In this document: positions 28,301 to 42,800 of the stretch, in pieces | Layout: the number at the start of each line of letters is the position of its first letter | Numbering within the stretch: the first letter of the stretch is position 1 | NCBI RefSeq assembly: GCF_006345805.1 | Contig: NC_042998.1 | Coordinates: 137,578,001-137,642,000 of the forward strand | Length of the DNA stretch: 64,000 nucleotides | Origin: Octopus sinensis | Lineage: Eukaryota | Reading direction: 5' to 3' | Program-made: the position numbers and the translations under genes | The notes under the pieces: model-generated | The model's input: only the letters and a program-made list of their open reading frames with translations | Databases searched by the model: none | What the model was told of the DNA's origin: nothing

Positions 28301-31300
28301 ACTCGTTGGTCGTCGGGGAGCATTTTTTCTATTTTTCAGAAAAAAAATTTTCTGATCCAACTTCAAAAACAAAATGAAATGGTATACTTTTTTTTTTAAA
28401 GAAAAATATCTTAATAAAAGGTGACAGAACAATGCATAAAGTAAGATGATCAGTAATACTAATACATAATATACTGAATAAAGCTACTTATTTAGATTTG
28501 ACAGAGGTTCGTTTAAAAGAAAATGAAATGCAATATGGTATTTTGGTTGTTAGTCGCAAATACATGTTTTGAGTACTAAATATACTTCTATTTTTATTTA
28601 CTATATGTGGAGAACACTGCATAAGACCAATTGAATAGAGAGATAGGTTGTAGTTTGTATTTTTCATTCTTATTTATATACAGTTTTTTAAAAGGGACTC
28701 ATTTAAAATACAAGTGTTGTGAAAACTTGTATGATACCATACAATTTTTCAGTTTTCTCTATATTGTTAAACAACAGTTAAGATCATTAGTAGGATTCAT
28801 TGCACAATTGAATAACCCAGTTTAAGAGGATCACAACTAGACATTCATTCAGTAACACTGTGTACATTTTTATTTTATTTATTTACTTATTTTTTTGTCT
28901 TTAGCCAGTAGGTGTTGTTTCCTATTTGCTTCTATCTAGAAATCAAAAGAGATAACAACTATTCCCTTCAAACTTTGCTTGTGACCTGTAAGTCAACGTT
29001 TTGAAACTGGCCTGTTTTCCATTGCATTTCAGACAGATTCAGTGCTGAGTTGCTGAAGTAGAAATGCTGTTATAGTAAATATTTTGCTCAATACCACAGA
29101 CTTGCTTGTCTGTTGCTTGAACTCAACCAGTTGAGCATGTCCCTTAGTGGCTGACAATATGTGCATCTCTGATCATGAGCAGTAGGGGAGCATCATAGCA
29201 ATGTGTTGAGGTGTTCTTTGAGGTTTCAATAAATGCAATAACAAATACAAAGTTAGAAGGAAATATTAGCCATTTTCTGTTATTTCTAGGGGTAAGCAAA
29301 TAGGAAATAACAGTTGCTACTCAAGAATAAAAATCATGTTACATGGTGTAATTTTCAGTTTCAAGTATGGAAAAACTAAAAAACAAAACTAAAAATTCAA
29401 CTACATGGAAATGTCCTGTTTTACTTTCTTTTTTATTACCAACTGAAATGTGAAATAGCATTATATTGGGTTGTCAGATAAATCAATTCATTTCTTTCCA
29501 GTGTAATTTGGATTAACACAGGGTTTTTTTTTTTTTTGTAGCTCTATTCTTTCTTTACTTTTGGCTATTGCTTTAAAAATTTAAATAAATTTTATCTTGT
29601 TTCAGACTTACAACGAACAATAAAGTACCATATAAAAAAAAAATTTGCATTTTTGAAATCTGCTTTCAATCAAGGTTTTAAAACTACCAAAGCCAATCAA
29701 GACATTTGAGCTATGTATGGAAAAAATCTTATTACTGAAAGAATGGCACAGAAATGGTTTCCACATTTCAAGGAGAGTAAACTGGACCTGACAGACTCTC
29801 CACCAAGTTCCAGCCAACCTGTTCAGGTCAATGAGGATTAATTAAACAAGCTCATCCACAAGGATCTGCAGAAATCAAGTAAGGACCTGCGCAGCAGATA
29901 GGGTAGTCTCATGATATAGTGTCGTCACCCTTTTTAGTCATTCTCCAATAGCCTGTGAGGCATTTTGTTATGCTGTTATGCTGAAAATGTGACTCACTGA
30001 ACTCTGAGTCAAAACCTGGTTATTTCTACTGTCACCATATCGGTAAGCTATGGAACATTGGCAAGAAGTCATGAATAATGAAGGAGGAATATATTACTGA
30101 ATGATTTACTAAGTATATTGATGAAAAATCAAGGATTAAAGTAAATGGTAAAAAACAAACAGGTTTATCTGACAACCCAATATTAACAATTAACAAGTCT
30201 ACCTGTGAATACTGTGAAGGATTATCAGTTAAACTGCGGTATTGGCCAGAGAGATTGCGTATATGGGACTTCTTAGTTGCTGGAGGTGGAGGTAACTGTC
30301 CTGTAGGCTGAGAAAGAGCTGGCTGTGAGGTTGTGCGAGAGGAAGTTACTTGGTTGCCACTGCTGGTGTTTACAGGACATACACTGGAAGAGGAAAAATA
30401 ATAATTCTTCATTGCAAACGACAAAAACAATATTGAATGAGGAATTAGTGTGAAAAAAATCTGAATTTTCCTGACAATATAATTTTAAGTAAATAAAATA
30501 AATTTACAAAATTACATATAGGTGCAGGCATGACTTATGTGGTAAAGAAGTTAGCTTTTCCAACCATGTGATCTTGGGTTCAGTCCCACTGCATGGCACC
30601 TTGGGTGATCAGGTGTGTGTGTGTGTGTGTTGTGTGTGTGTGTTGTGTGCATGCACACCAATCCTTGTCTTGACATCACATGATGGTTTTAAATAAGCAT
30701 CACTATCATACAAGTAATGTTTGTTTTCAGTTTTCCATGAAAAACGTGTCTGGTCATGGGGAAATATAACTTTGCTTGGAAACAGGTTAGGGATAGTGAC
30801 AGGAAGGACATCTGGATGTAGAAAATCTGCCTCAGAAAATTCTCTTTGACCCATGCAAACATGAAGAAGTGGATGTTAAATGCTGCTGGTGATGATATTA
30901 TACAAATCTAAATGACAATGTATATGCAATAAAGTTTTGTCTAGATTGCTATTTACAAATAGTTATTTTACAATAATTATTGTTTTATAATAATTGCTGA
31001 TGAAGTTATTCATGAGGTTACCATCACAATCATTTAACATCCACTTTTCCATGCTTGCATGGGTCAGATGGAGTTTATTGAGACAGATTTTTCAACAACC
31101 AGATGCCCTTCCCATTACCAACCCTCACCTGTTTCCAAGCCAAGTAATATACCTGCATGGCCACATATGCTTTCATAGAATGTTGGAAATGAATGACTCT
31201 CATTCATAACTATCACAAGATATCAAGAGAAAGAGACACAAACATACAAGCACTAACTCACATAAATACATACACATACACACAAAGGATATTGGAATAT

Positions 31301-32522
31301 TGGTGAAGCATTCTCATCAAAACTTCTACCAGGCGCATACATAACAGGCTGAATGTTGGTGTTTGGAACAAACAAGGAAAAGTATATGTCAAAGATGCTA
31401 GTTGCTCTGCTGATTTTCAAAGCTGAATAGTGCTTTGAAAATCAAAGGAAAAGAGGATAGCTATGCTTAGAAACCCTCAGTGTCTATATCTAGATCATAC
31501 ACATACCAATAATAATTGATGCACTTGGTTTTGTGATTAAGTGCCTAAGAAACAATCTGGATAACCAAGGGATTCCAGAAAAAGAAATCAACCAGCTAAC
31601 ACACACAGTACAAATACAATCTGCAAATGGAACAGTAAAAATATGCAAAACTTTTCTCAACTTCAAAAATCATCATCATATGCGACATTCTAACATCCTT
31701 TTTGTTACCTATACCCCAATGATGGAGCTTTGTATCTTTTTTAGAAATCAGGTCCTTCCTTACAAGAATTCTTCAAGTGATTAAAAAGAGAAGAGTAAGA
31801 ACACACACACATGGCCTGCTTCTTACAGTTTCTGTCTACCAAATCTACTCACAAAGTTTTGGTCAGCCCAAGGCAGTAGTAGAAGACACTTGCCCAAGAT
31901 AGCATACAGTGAAACTGAACCTGAAACCATGTGATTGGGAAGTAATCTCCTTATCCACACAGCCATCTCTTTACCATACAATATTCAAAACAACTTTATA
32001 ATAACTAAATTTGTTAAGAGCATCATCATGATTATGATTTAATGATATTTCTACATAGCAAAAAAGATTATGAAACAAAATTAAGCCTTAACAATGCACT
32101 TACCCATCTTGAATAGGAGTGGCATCAGACTCCCCAGATATCACATTACTAGAAATAGTTGGGCTGGCCTGGTTTTTCCATTTTTCTGGGGGAAAGAAAG
32201 TAAAAAGAAAATATTATGTTGTTCTAATTTATTAACCAATTAAGCCTTCAAAATACATTTCTTCAGGTAGGTCATAGACATTAGCTCATATCAAAGTTAG
32301 CAAACAAATGAGCAACCAACCAAATCAGGTAATGTAACAACTCACTTCCAATTCACAAATTTATAAGTCACGTCCTACATGTCATAATACTACATTTCAA
32401 ATGGTAATCTATTTTCTATCATCATGTGATGTACATAACTATTACTTAACAGTATTGAAAAATAACACTCTTGGCATGACAACAACACAATGAAAGAAAA
32501 TATATATGCATATATGTATATA

Positions 32523-32591
<69 letters not shown>

Positions 32592-33667
32592 ATGTATATA
32601 TATATATATATACACACACACATACATTCAGTATATGAAATTTTTTTTTTCATCAAATACTAAAATTAAGAGGAAAGAATATTATTTATCTTATTCATTC
32701 ATTTATTTTATACATTTATGCTTTTTTTTTTTTTTTTTATGACCCAAGCTGAGTGAAAGCTTTAATTCTCAACCACCCTAACCTCTGGTAGTATATAATC
32801 ATAAAGCACCTTAAGTTTGTGTCATTCATATTTCAACTCAAAGAATAGAATGCCTTTATTTCATTTTGGGGGAAATGGGAGAGAGGTTAGTATGTATTTA
32901 TATTTGTATCTAAACACCATAATGAACAAAAGACGCTTTCATTTCCCTAATTTACATAATAATTTCCACCACTGCTAGAAAATTGTAATTTCCTTGTCAA
33001 GCCTCTAAGAGGATATGTAATCCATAGCTATTTATCTTCACTAACCTTCTTTCTCTAAAACATATCAGTTTTACTAATAGAACTTAGAATACTTCAAGAA
33101 CATCACTTGTCTAATTTCAAGTTAGCATCCATTAGCAAACAAAACAATCTTTATCTAAGACTGTATGTAGTAAAAAAGAGAGAAAAAGTCCAGAAAAAAA
33201 TATAAACATGTAAAATGAAATTCTGGCAGTAACATTTTCATTGAATATGACATCATAGTATTATTTCATTGAGAGGCAAAAATAAATCATTCTTTGTGTG
33301 TTATATTAGGATAATCAAAAAATTATTGAAACCTTGATTTAAAACTTGAGCTAAAAGTTATGTTTAACAAGTATTTAAAATGACAAATGTAGCAAAATAG
33401 TATTTCAATAAAATTAAAATTTGCAACCAATAAGTAAGTATTAAAAATAGTAATAAGATTAGATTTTTTAAAGTTTATATTTATATATATATATATATAT
33501 ATGTCGTTACGTTCTGAGTTCAAATTCCGCCGAGGTCGACTTTGCCTTTCATCCTTTCGGGGTCGATAAATTAAGTACCAGTTACGCACTGGGGTTGATG
33601 TAATCAACTTGATCCTTTTGTCTGTCCTTGTTTGTCCCCGCTATGTTTAGCCCCTTGTGGGCAGTAA

Positions 33668-33765
<98 letters not shown>

Positions 33766-36700
33766 CATTAGTTATATTCTATTTTAGGGATACTTACAAG
33801 ATATTAAAAACAGATTTTGTTTTTTTATATTTTTTGTTGGAATGGGTGGGGCGAAAAAAACCATGGAAGGAAGAAGTAGAGGTTAACTTAAAGGACACTG
33901 CAACCAAAATGTCACTTAACTTCAGTACTAAATGAGGACAGCATAATTTAAAGACAAAACGGATATAGGATATGTTTTATCATGTATAACTGACTACTGA
34001 CAAACAAGAATCTTTATGATACACTATACAGCTAAATCTCTAATAAAATTGTTTGCCTATCTGCCAAAATATATTTCAAGATCTACTGTGGACTAAACAC
34101 AGTTCAAAACAAAAAATGTAAAGGAAATTCCTAATGATCTTCAAGGAAGAATAGCACAGAAACATTTGCCCCATGCAGGTTAAATTGATAGAAGGCTATA
34201 AAAAAAACCAGCAAACTTTTATATACAGTAGAGAGCTGTTGGTTTAGGATTACAAGCTTGTTGGTTAAATCTGTTTCCAAAAATGTGTGTTAAAACAAAT
34301 AGACCTCCAACTATCTATTTTGGCTTGCTTTTCAAAAATCCATTTTGTCTCATTTAGGTGGGGAGAAGGGGTAATTTTAAAATGCTGATAACAGGTTTGA
34401 AATCTATTTAAAATATTTCTCCAAATAAACCAAAATTCTCATCAACAACAACAAAAAAACAGAAAAGCAATAAATTGAAAGTGTTTTAACAGATTTTTTC
34501 CACAGTAAAAATTCTGAATTGTATTGTCTGCATCTAAAATGGAATTTCCATTTGATTACAATCATTATAAGAGAAATAGTTTCCTGATACGATTTTGTTC
34601 TGTTTTTTTTTAAAAAAAACACATCAAACTGTGCTTAATAATAATATTCCTTTGCTCACCTTTAGATAATCAATAATTTATCAGAAATAGAGAAAAACTA
34701 AGAAAGAAAAGATATTAGAACCCAAATAGAAGGCAGTTGAAGATATTTAAACAAGTTTACAAAAAAAAAAAATTTTTTTAATCCTTTCTAATACATATTC
34801 AGTCTCTTTTATAGAATCATAATTTACCAGATTCAATATGGCTAGTATACTCTGGAGAAACACTTTACTTCTAAAATCAAAATCACTGCGTTTCTGGGAT
34901 AACTTGAAGCAACAAGATTCATTCTGACAATTAACACTGGAAAATACCACTTATATTGAAATCATTCTGATAATTTGCTAATTTCATTCATCCCTAAAAT
35001 AGCCAACTAAACTCAAAGAAATTTAGGAATCTATAATTTATATTAAAGAGATAAAAGATAACTTCTCATGGATCTACCTCAAAAGTGCTAGTAAAGCATT
35101 CACAACAGCTGCATGAGATGAATTACAGGGGTTGGACAAAATAATGGAAACACCTTAAAATTTCAAACAAATTTATTTTAATATGCGGTAGGACTGTCTT
35201 TGGCAGTAATTACAGCTTGAATTCTATGAGGTATGAACTCATACAAAATTTGAATTGTTTCCAAAGGAATTTTTGTCCATTCTTCAGCTAAAACTACAGT
35301 TCTTGTAGTGATGGTGGTGGAGGTTATTGACTCCTTACCTGATTTTCTAAAATGCACCACAACTGTTCAATAATATTGAGATCTGGGGACTGTGGTGGCC
35401 AGATAAGATGTTCAACTTCCCTAGAATGTTCCTCGTGCCATTCAGTAACAACTTTAGCTGTGTGAATTGATGCATTATCATCCTGGAAGATTGCGTTTCC
35501 CTTCGAAAACAGTTCTGCAACCATAGGATGAATTTGATAGATAAAATGTTTAAATAGTCTTGACTATTAATTCTGCCATGAAGGGAAACCATTGGGCCAG
35601 TGGATTTCCAAGATATAGTCCCCCCCCCAATCATCACAGATCCTCCGCCATGTTTAACAGTTGGAAGAAGGCAGCCTGGGTCAAATGCTTCTGTTGACTG
35701 TCTCTGCATGGCTGGTGGTTGGAAATATGATAAAGGGTGACTCATCCAAGAAAATAACATTCTTTCACTGTTCTAGGGACCAATTCTGTAGGTTTTTACA
35801 CTTTGCAAGATTTGTTTCTGACTGCAGCCCTCCCATGAAACCCGGCTTCGTGCAACTCCTGGCCAACAGTTTTTGTGGAAACTGGGTTCTCAAGGTGGTC
35901 AGTAAGCTCTGCAGTAATTTTGGGAGCTGTACTTTTGTGATACTTTCTAACAATTCGTGTAAGAGTCCAACAGTCCCTATCTGAAAGTTTTGGTTTTCTT
36001 CCGGAGTTTTGCTTCGATGAGGAGGTTTTTCCCTTTTTCTCAAAGTCTGTCATTACTTTTGAGACAGTACTTCTTGATACACCAAACATTTCAGCTGTTT
36101 TCATTACACTAGCGCCTGCCATACAAGCACCAACAATTTGACCTGTTTGAAAGTCCGATAGACCTGTCATTTTAATGAATTTTAATTACCTTTTTCTGAT
36201 GATATCTGAAAAGAAACAGCAATTTTAACAAAACACATTAAGCAACACTAATAACAAATCAAAAAACAAAAATAAACAAGCTTTTGACAGTTTTATAGAT
36301 ATTTCAAAATTATGATGCTAGGTGTTTCCATTATTTTGTCCAGCCCCTGTATGTATAAACTTAAATGAAATTGAAAACTGTTTATTGGCGGCCAACCATT
36401 TTGGTGGGAACTGATTTTACACACAGACATGACAGATTTACTGAGACTGTATATAGGCAGTAAATGTTTTTACACATTTATATATATAGACAGGCATGAT
36501 TGTGTGGTTAAGAAGCTCACTTTGCAACCACATGGTTTTGGGTTCAGTCCCACTACACAGTATCTTGGATAAGCACCTTCCACTATTGCCACAAGCCAAC
36601 TATTGCCTTGAGTGAATTTGGTAGACATAAACTGCACAGAAACCAATCGTATCTTCTATTTTATAAATATACTAGCATTATAACCCGTCGTTGCCGGGGC

Positions 36701-39700
36701 ATAGTGCTAGTGCATGTATATATGTGTATATATATGTGTACATATTACATGTACATCTATATATATATACATACATCTACACATAAAATACAAACTACAA
36801 AGTTATATCTTGATATCGCTAGTGATAACAATACTCAAAATATATAACAGACTGGAATTGTTAGCCCGTCTCTTGTAATTTCGATCAATTGTATCTTGTA
36901 TAGAAGTGTGGCTACAATCCAGCTACAATCCAGCCTACCTCTACTTCTGGCAGGGGAGGCATTTTTGATTTTTATCCGGGACGTCCTACATCCTAGATAT
37001 AAAGGTAAAAATAAAATATTTCCACTTTGCAAGTTCGAGTCGAGTACTCCCTTGCACACTCCGTTGATTCGAACCTTGCTTCTATTGTGGCGAATTTACC
37101 GCCTCTGGTTAGATATCTTTCATAGTCGCACCAAGACACTTTTCGAAGGTGCTTTCCTCCAGGTGTTCAAATCTTTTTTTCTCTACATTGTATACTTTAT
37201 AGACAATAGTCTTTTCTTTAATTTAATTTTTTATTATCCATCTGAACTAATCCATTTCTGCACACTAATTTTATTTTTAATTTATTCCCATTCAAGTGAA
37301 ACCACTTATTCAAGTTCAAATCATTGATGCAATTTTATACCAATTGCTAATTTTACTTTTGTTATGTTACGATTATATACTTTAGTTTGATTTTAATTAT
37401 TACATACTACATATAATTCAATTATTATTATTATTTTTATTGTTAAAGTGAAAGCATCTGACATAAAATAGAGAAATGTTTTTGTTTCACTTTTAACACG
37501 TAATACTGAAATAGTGGAGAAGATATGATATTGCTATGGGCTCGCTCTAGGCAAGAAGTTGAACATATTTTTTTTGCCCATGAAACTACATGGCATGTGT
37601 AAAATTTGAATGAAATTGGTTGTGTATTTCTAAAGTTTTAGGAAATCGTAGTGGAGAAGATATGATATTGCTGTGGGCTCGCCCTAGGCAAAAAGTTAGG
37701 TCCCTAAGTAAGGCATGTGTAAAATTTGAATGAAATTGGTTGTGTAGTTCTCAAGTTTTAGGGAGACAGACAGACACACACATTCTCAGTTTTATATATA
37801 TAGAGATAAGTGTGTGTGTGTGTGTGTGTGTATCTTTGTCTCCCACCACCACTTGGTGACTGATGTTAGTTTCTTTACATCCCTGTAACATAGCCTTTCT
37901 TAAAAAGTATTAATAACAGGTATCACTATGAATTTTTGAAAATGTTTAAATCTGACTTCTACTGTACTTTTTTTGGGGGGGGGAGAACATCCTAAAAGAA
38001 ACATTTTGATACCTGATTGGTGAAATTGGGATGAATATTTTAAGAAAATATGATAAACTGAATGGTCAGCGAATTGGTCAAAACCGTGGCTAAGCCTAAA
38101 TGAATTAGCCATATTTGTGATGTCGTATCTTTGAAACTGAGGCGGTAATCATCTTCAAATTACACAAACTAAGAGTGTCCAGGGGATAGCAGCTGCCTTT
38201 TTTTTTTTCTTTAATGAAACTTTCTTTTTTTTTAGGCAATTTTTAAAATATTTATGTAAAACCTATGTTGTTGCATGTAACAGTGTATTTCACAAGTGTA
38301 AGCTTTTCATGTGTTTTCAGACCTAGCTAAATCCAAAAGTACAAACCACAGAGACTTAAGTTCTGGCACATTTGTAGTAAGCATAGGACTAAATAAATCC
38401 TGAGATTTTGGGACATGATACCATTTCAATGAAATTTTAATGAACTATTTAAAATGGCTATAAACCATTAAATGGTAAAGTTTTGGATCAGGTTGCCTAC
38501 ATCAGTTGGTTTTTCTCCATTTTCATTGAAATTTTTCCAATTTTTTCTCTCACTGTGCCTTTGGAAATGGTAGGGGGAAGTTTTTTGTGGAAAAAAAAAT
38601 TTGGAAAAATCTGGACCAATTTTGACCAATTTATTTGGCACTTCAAAATGATGGGAGAAGCCTTTCCAATAAAAAGAAAAATTATTTTTGAAAATTATTT
38701 TATGACAAAAAGGTGTGTTGTGTGGTTCAAGGGAGATTTAGCTGTTTCAAGCACATCCCACAACCACATGGTCCCTTCCTCATTTCTCCCCACTCAGCAC
38801 TGAGTTTGTGTGTGTGTGCATTGTAAAAAAACATTTGAAAACTCATGATTTTTTCAAACCCACCCACCCACCTTTGTTTCTATTAATAATTTTAAAATAT
38901 TGGAGAGCCTGAAGTTATTGCTGAGATTTATCAACAGTGATTTAAAAAAGATAATTTAGTAAGACACTTTTCTGTTAGTAAATTTTGTTTTTTCTTTCAC
39001 ACACACACGGACTTATCTGGTGCAGGGGTGGGTTAAAAATTTAAATTACAAAATTTTTTTTTGTTATTCCTTAAATCCCAGCAAAGGACCACTCTTAGGT
39101 TAAACAAGATCTGTATTACTTCCACATCATCATTCCATAAATTGTGTTTACATGGAGAAAAATACTCCTATTGATTTTTATATCAAAATAAGCCAAAAAA
39201 AAAAATCCTTTTCATGGTTGTATTATTTTCAACACAAACTGAGTTACAGTGCTCCAGTGCATTGAAACAGGACATACATGAATGGGTGCAAAATACAAGG
39301 GTGACCAAAAGGACCTGGCATGATATGTAAGTGTTGGATTTTGATCAAACATATAAGAAAATTCACACCCAGAACTTTCAAATGATAGATAATTGTCCAC
39401 AGAAAAATGTATTTTGACATGAAAATGGTAAAGCAAAAAGTGCGGTTTTATACAGGAGTGGATGTGTGGTAAGTAGCCACATGGTTCCAGGTTCAGTCCC
39501 ACAGTGTGGCACCTTGGGCAAGTGTCTCCTACTAAAGCCTCAGACCGACCAAAAGCCTTGTGAATGGATTTGGTAAATGGAAACTGAAAGCAGCCCGTCG
39601 TGTGTGTGTGTGTGTGTCTCCCAGCATCACTTGACAACCAATGATGGCATGTCTACATTCCCATAATTTAGCGGTTCAGCAAAGTACTAGGCTTACAAAG

Positions 39701-39779
39701 AATAAGTCCTGGGGTTGATTTGTTCGACTAAAGGTGGTGCTCTAGCATAGCCACAGTCAAATGACAAACAAATAAAAGA

Positions 39780-39820
<41 letters not shown>

Positions 39821-42800
39821 TCAACCTGAAAATAATTCAACACTGATGTGCTGCTTCCTACATCAGCAACCCTGGAGTCACAGTTTATTCCTCCTCCTCC
39901 CACCCCACCAGTCTTGGGGGCCCTACAAAGGTCAAGGGTACAGTCCTTTTTCCTCTGACTAAGCCTTATAAAAAAAAATAAAAGTAACAAAAAGCAAGTC
40001 AACTTGTGAAAATATAAGAAACAAACTTACCATGTCCATTTGCCCGATGAAATTTTGGTAAAGAAACCTCCATTGCTATGGAAAAAGAATTTAATTTAAA
40101 ATTGATTAACAAATAAAAAAAAGATGTTAGAAATGACATAAATAAAAAGCTTTCAGTATTTACTTATTCATGTGCATGCAAATACAGGCAACTGTATTAT
40201 ATGTATGTATCATTAAAATACAATCCATCAAAAATAGATAATAAACAGTTATTCTTTTTCTGACACATAAAAGGCACCAATGCTGGTATTAGGAAGGGCA
40301 TCCAGCTGTAGAAACCAAGCCAAAACAGAGTCCAGCTCTCCAGTTTACTAGTTCCAGTCAAACTGCCTAACACATGGAAAATGGATGCTAAATGATGATG
40401 CAAACTAAAAGATGTACAGTTAAGTATTTTAGAAATTAATTAGCATTTCTTAATGATGAAGTTAGGCATGCTATTGATAAGGTCACAGATGGTGGTGGTT
40501 GGACTTGGACAAATCTAACTGATTAGTTGATTGACTGAACGATTAATCAAACAATTGATTAATTAACTGGTTAAATAGTTAACCAATTGGCAAGTAAAAA
40601 ATAAAGAGGTGAATAAGAGCCAATGTGTATCTTTATTATGGGTATATGGTTAACATCAAGAATTTTATAAATCAAAAACAAAAGAAAACCTAGAAAAAAA
40701 AAATCACTGTTCATACATAACAGATCAACATTAGATTTAATAGTATAACTTCAACCAAAAAGAAGTTTCATTGATAAAATTAAGAATGTTATCTTAGTTA
40801 ATTATGGAAGGTTCTAATAAAGTAATCTTTCAAAATCAGATCCCCTAAATTAAAGCAGGTTGTGTAGGTATGTGTGTATGTGTTCATCTGCAACAACTGC
40901 AGTTGGCAAAAGTAAAACACATCAACTGACAATCAAAGAAATGGGATATTGTATGAGAATGAGACTTAGGTATTGAGTAGATCTGTAGAGATTGAAAAGG
41001 AATAAACTGATTATATTCCACTGCAGAGGACATGCATGGGCTTGAAAGAGATGAAGCTAGTATGCTCCATTTGATGTGTAATGTCAGTGTGCATACACGA
41101 CAGAGTGTAAGTGTCCTGAGAGAAAAGTTGGACATAAGAAGCATCAGATGTGGTGAGCAAGAGAGACGACTGCACTGGTATGGTTGTGCTGCATATGGAT
41201 GAGGACAGCTGTGTGAAGAAGTGTCACACCTTAACTGTGGAGAGAATTTGTGGAAGAGGTAGACCCAGGAAGACATGGGATGAGGTGGTGAAGCACAGCT
41301 TTCGAACGATGGGCCTCAAAGAGGTAATGACAAGCGACCACAACATTTGAAGATATGCTGTGCTTCAGAGAACCTGGCAAGCCAAGTGAGATTGTAGCTG
41401 TGGCTGATGGCAGTGTTGCATAACTGGCCCATTTAAAAGTACCCTTCAATCATCGGGCAATATGCTGTACTTGAGAAGACCTGTTGAGTCAAGTCAAATT
41501 GTAGTTATGGTCAATGCCAGTGCTGCCTGACTGGCACTCGTGCAGGTGGCACATAAAAAGCACCATTCAAGCATGGCCAATGCCAATGCTGCCTGATTGG
41601 CACCTGTGCCAGTGACATGTAGAAAGCACCATTCAAGCATGGTCAATGCCAGTGCCACCTGACTGGTACCTGTGCTCATCATCATCACCATTATTTAATG
41701 TCCACTTTCCATGCTGGCATGGGTTGGACGATTTGACTGAGGACTGGCAAACCAGATGGCTGCACCAGGCTCCAATCTGATCTGGCAGAGTTTCTACAGC
41801 TGGATGCCCTTCCTAATGCCAACCACTCTGAGAGTGTAGTGACACATAAAAACACCCACTACACTCTCAGAGTGGTTGACCGTTAGGAAGGAGCATCCAG
41901 CTGTAGAAACTTTGCCAGATCAGATTAGAACCTGGTGCAGCCTCCTGGCTTGCCAGTCCTCAGTTAAACTGTCCAACCCATGCCAGCATGGAAAATGGAC
42001 ATTAAATGATGATGATGATGAAAATGCAAGCTTGATTGGTGTGAAAGGTTGAGCAGAAAGTGGCCATTATGGGTTTTGTGTATAAGAGAGAAAATGTAAC
42101 AAGCTAAATAAGAGCAAATAGTGACAGAACCAAACCAAGAAAACTGATACCAGATCAAAATAAATAGAAATATGGTGTGCTAGAACAAATGGGTGAACAG
42201 ATGTTGTAAATTTGATGAATCATAGTAATAATTATTCAGCATACTGTCACTAGGAGATCATTTTCACAAATTCACAAAGTCCAGTCCTTGTAGTAGTGTG
42301 ATGGTCTGTGTACCTCAATGACCCTGAGAGATATTCCAGCAGAATGTAAGCTCCCAGTAACCTCTCCCATGTTGGACAAAGCAAAGAGTAGCAACCAGGG
42401 GAATAAGGATCACCTCTTCCTAAAAGTAGAAATGGTTTTGTCTAAGGCCAACACCCTACCTAGAAAAAAAAAGCAAAGTTACAGAAGCATTAACAACAAT
42501 TCAAAACCAACAAGACCTAAGAGAAGAAAGCCTTCCCTAAAGGAAACATAGGACACAAAGCAGCAAAATCCAAAAGGAAACCAACATTCTACATTTTACA
42601 TTGCACCCTGACCTGGAACCTACAAAGGAGCCAAAAGGGAAGACACCCTAAAATAGGTGGAAGTAGAATACTGAAGCAGAGTTGAAAAAGCAGGGGTCCA
42701 ATTGGTGAAAAGCAGAAAAGACAGCCACTTCACTGCTTCTAGGCTACACTCATCAATACCACGAAATTGCTAGCAAAAACTTAACTTCAGTACCAGGGTA

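Noticed and set aside
34869-34936. 68-nt exon-like segment (minus)
   Set aside because: Length and phases are incompatible with the flanking phase-1 exons
38551-38557. Isolated CACTGTG (RSS heptamer complement)
   Set aside because: A 7-mer is expected by chance in 64 kb; no partner end identified
39826-39965. GC-rich patch just downstream of exon 40031 with an open minus-strand frame
   Set aside because: No acceptor/donor pair gives a phase 1 to 1 open exon; origin unresolved
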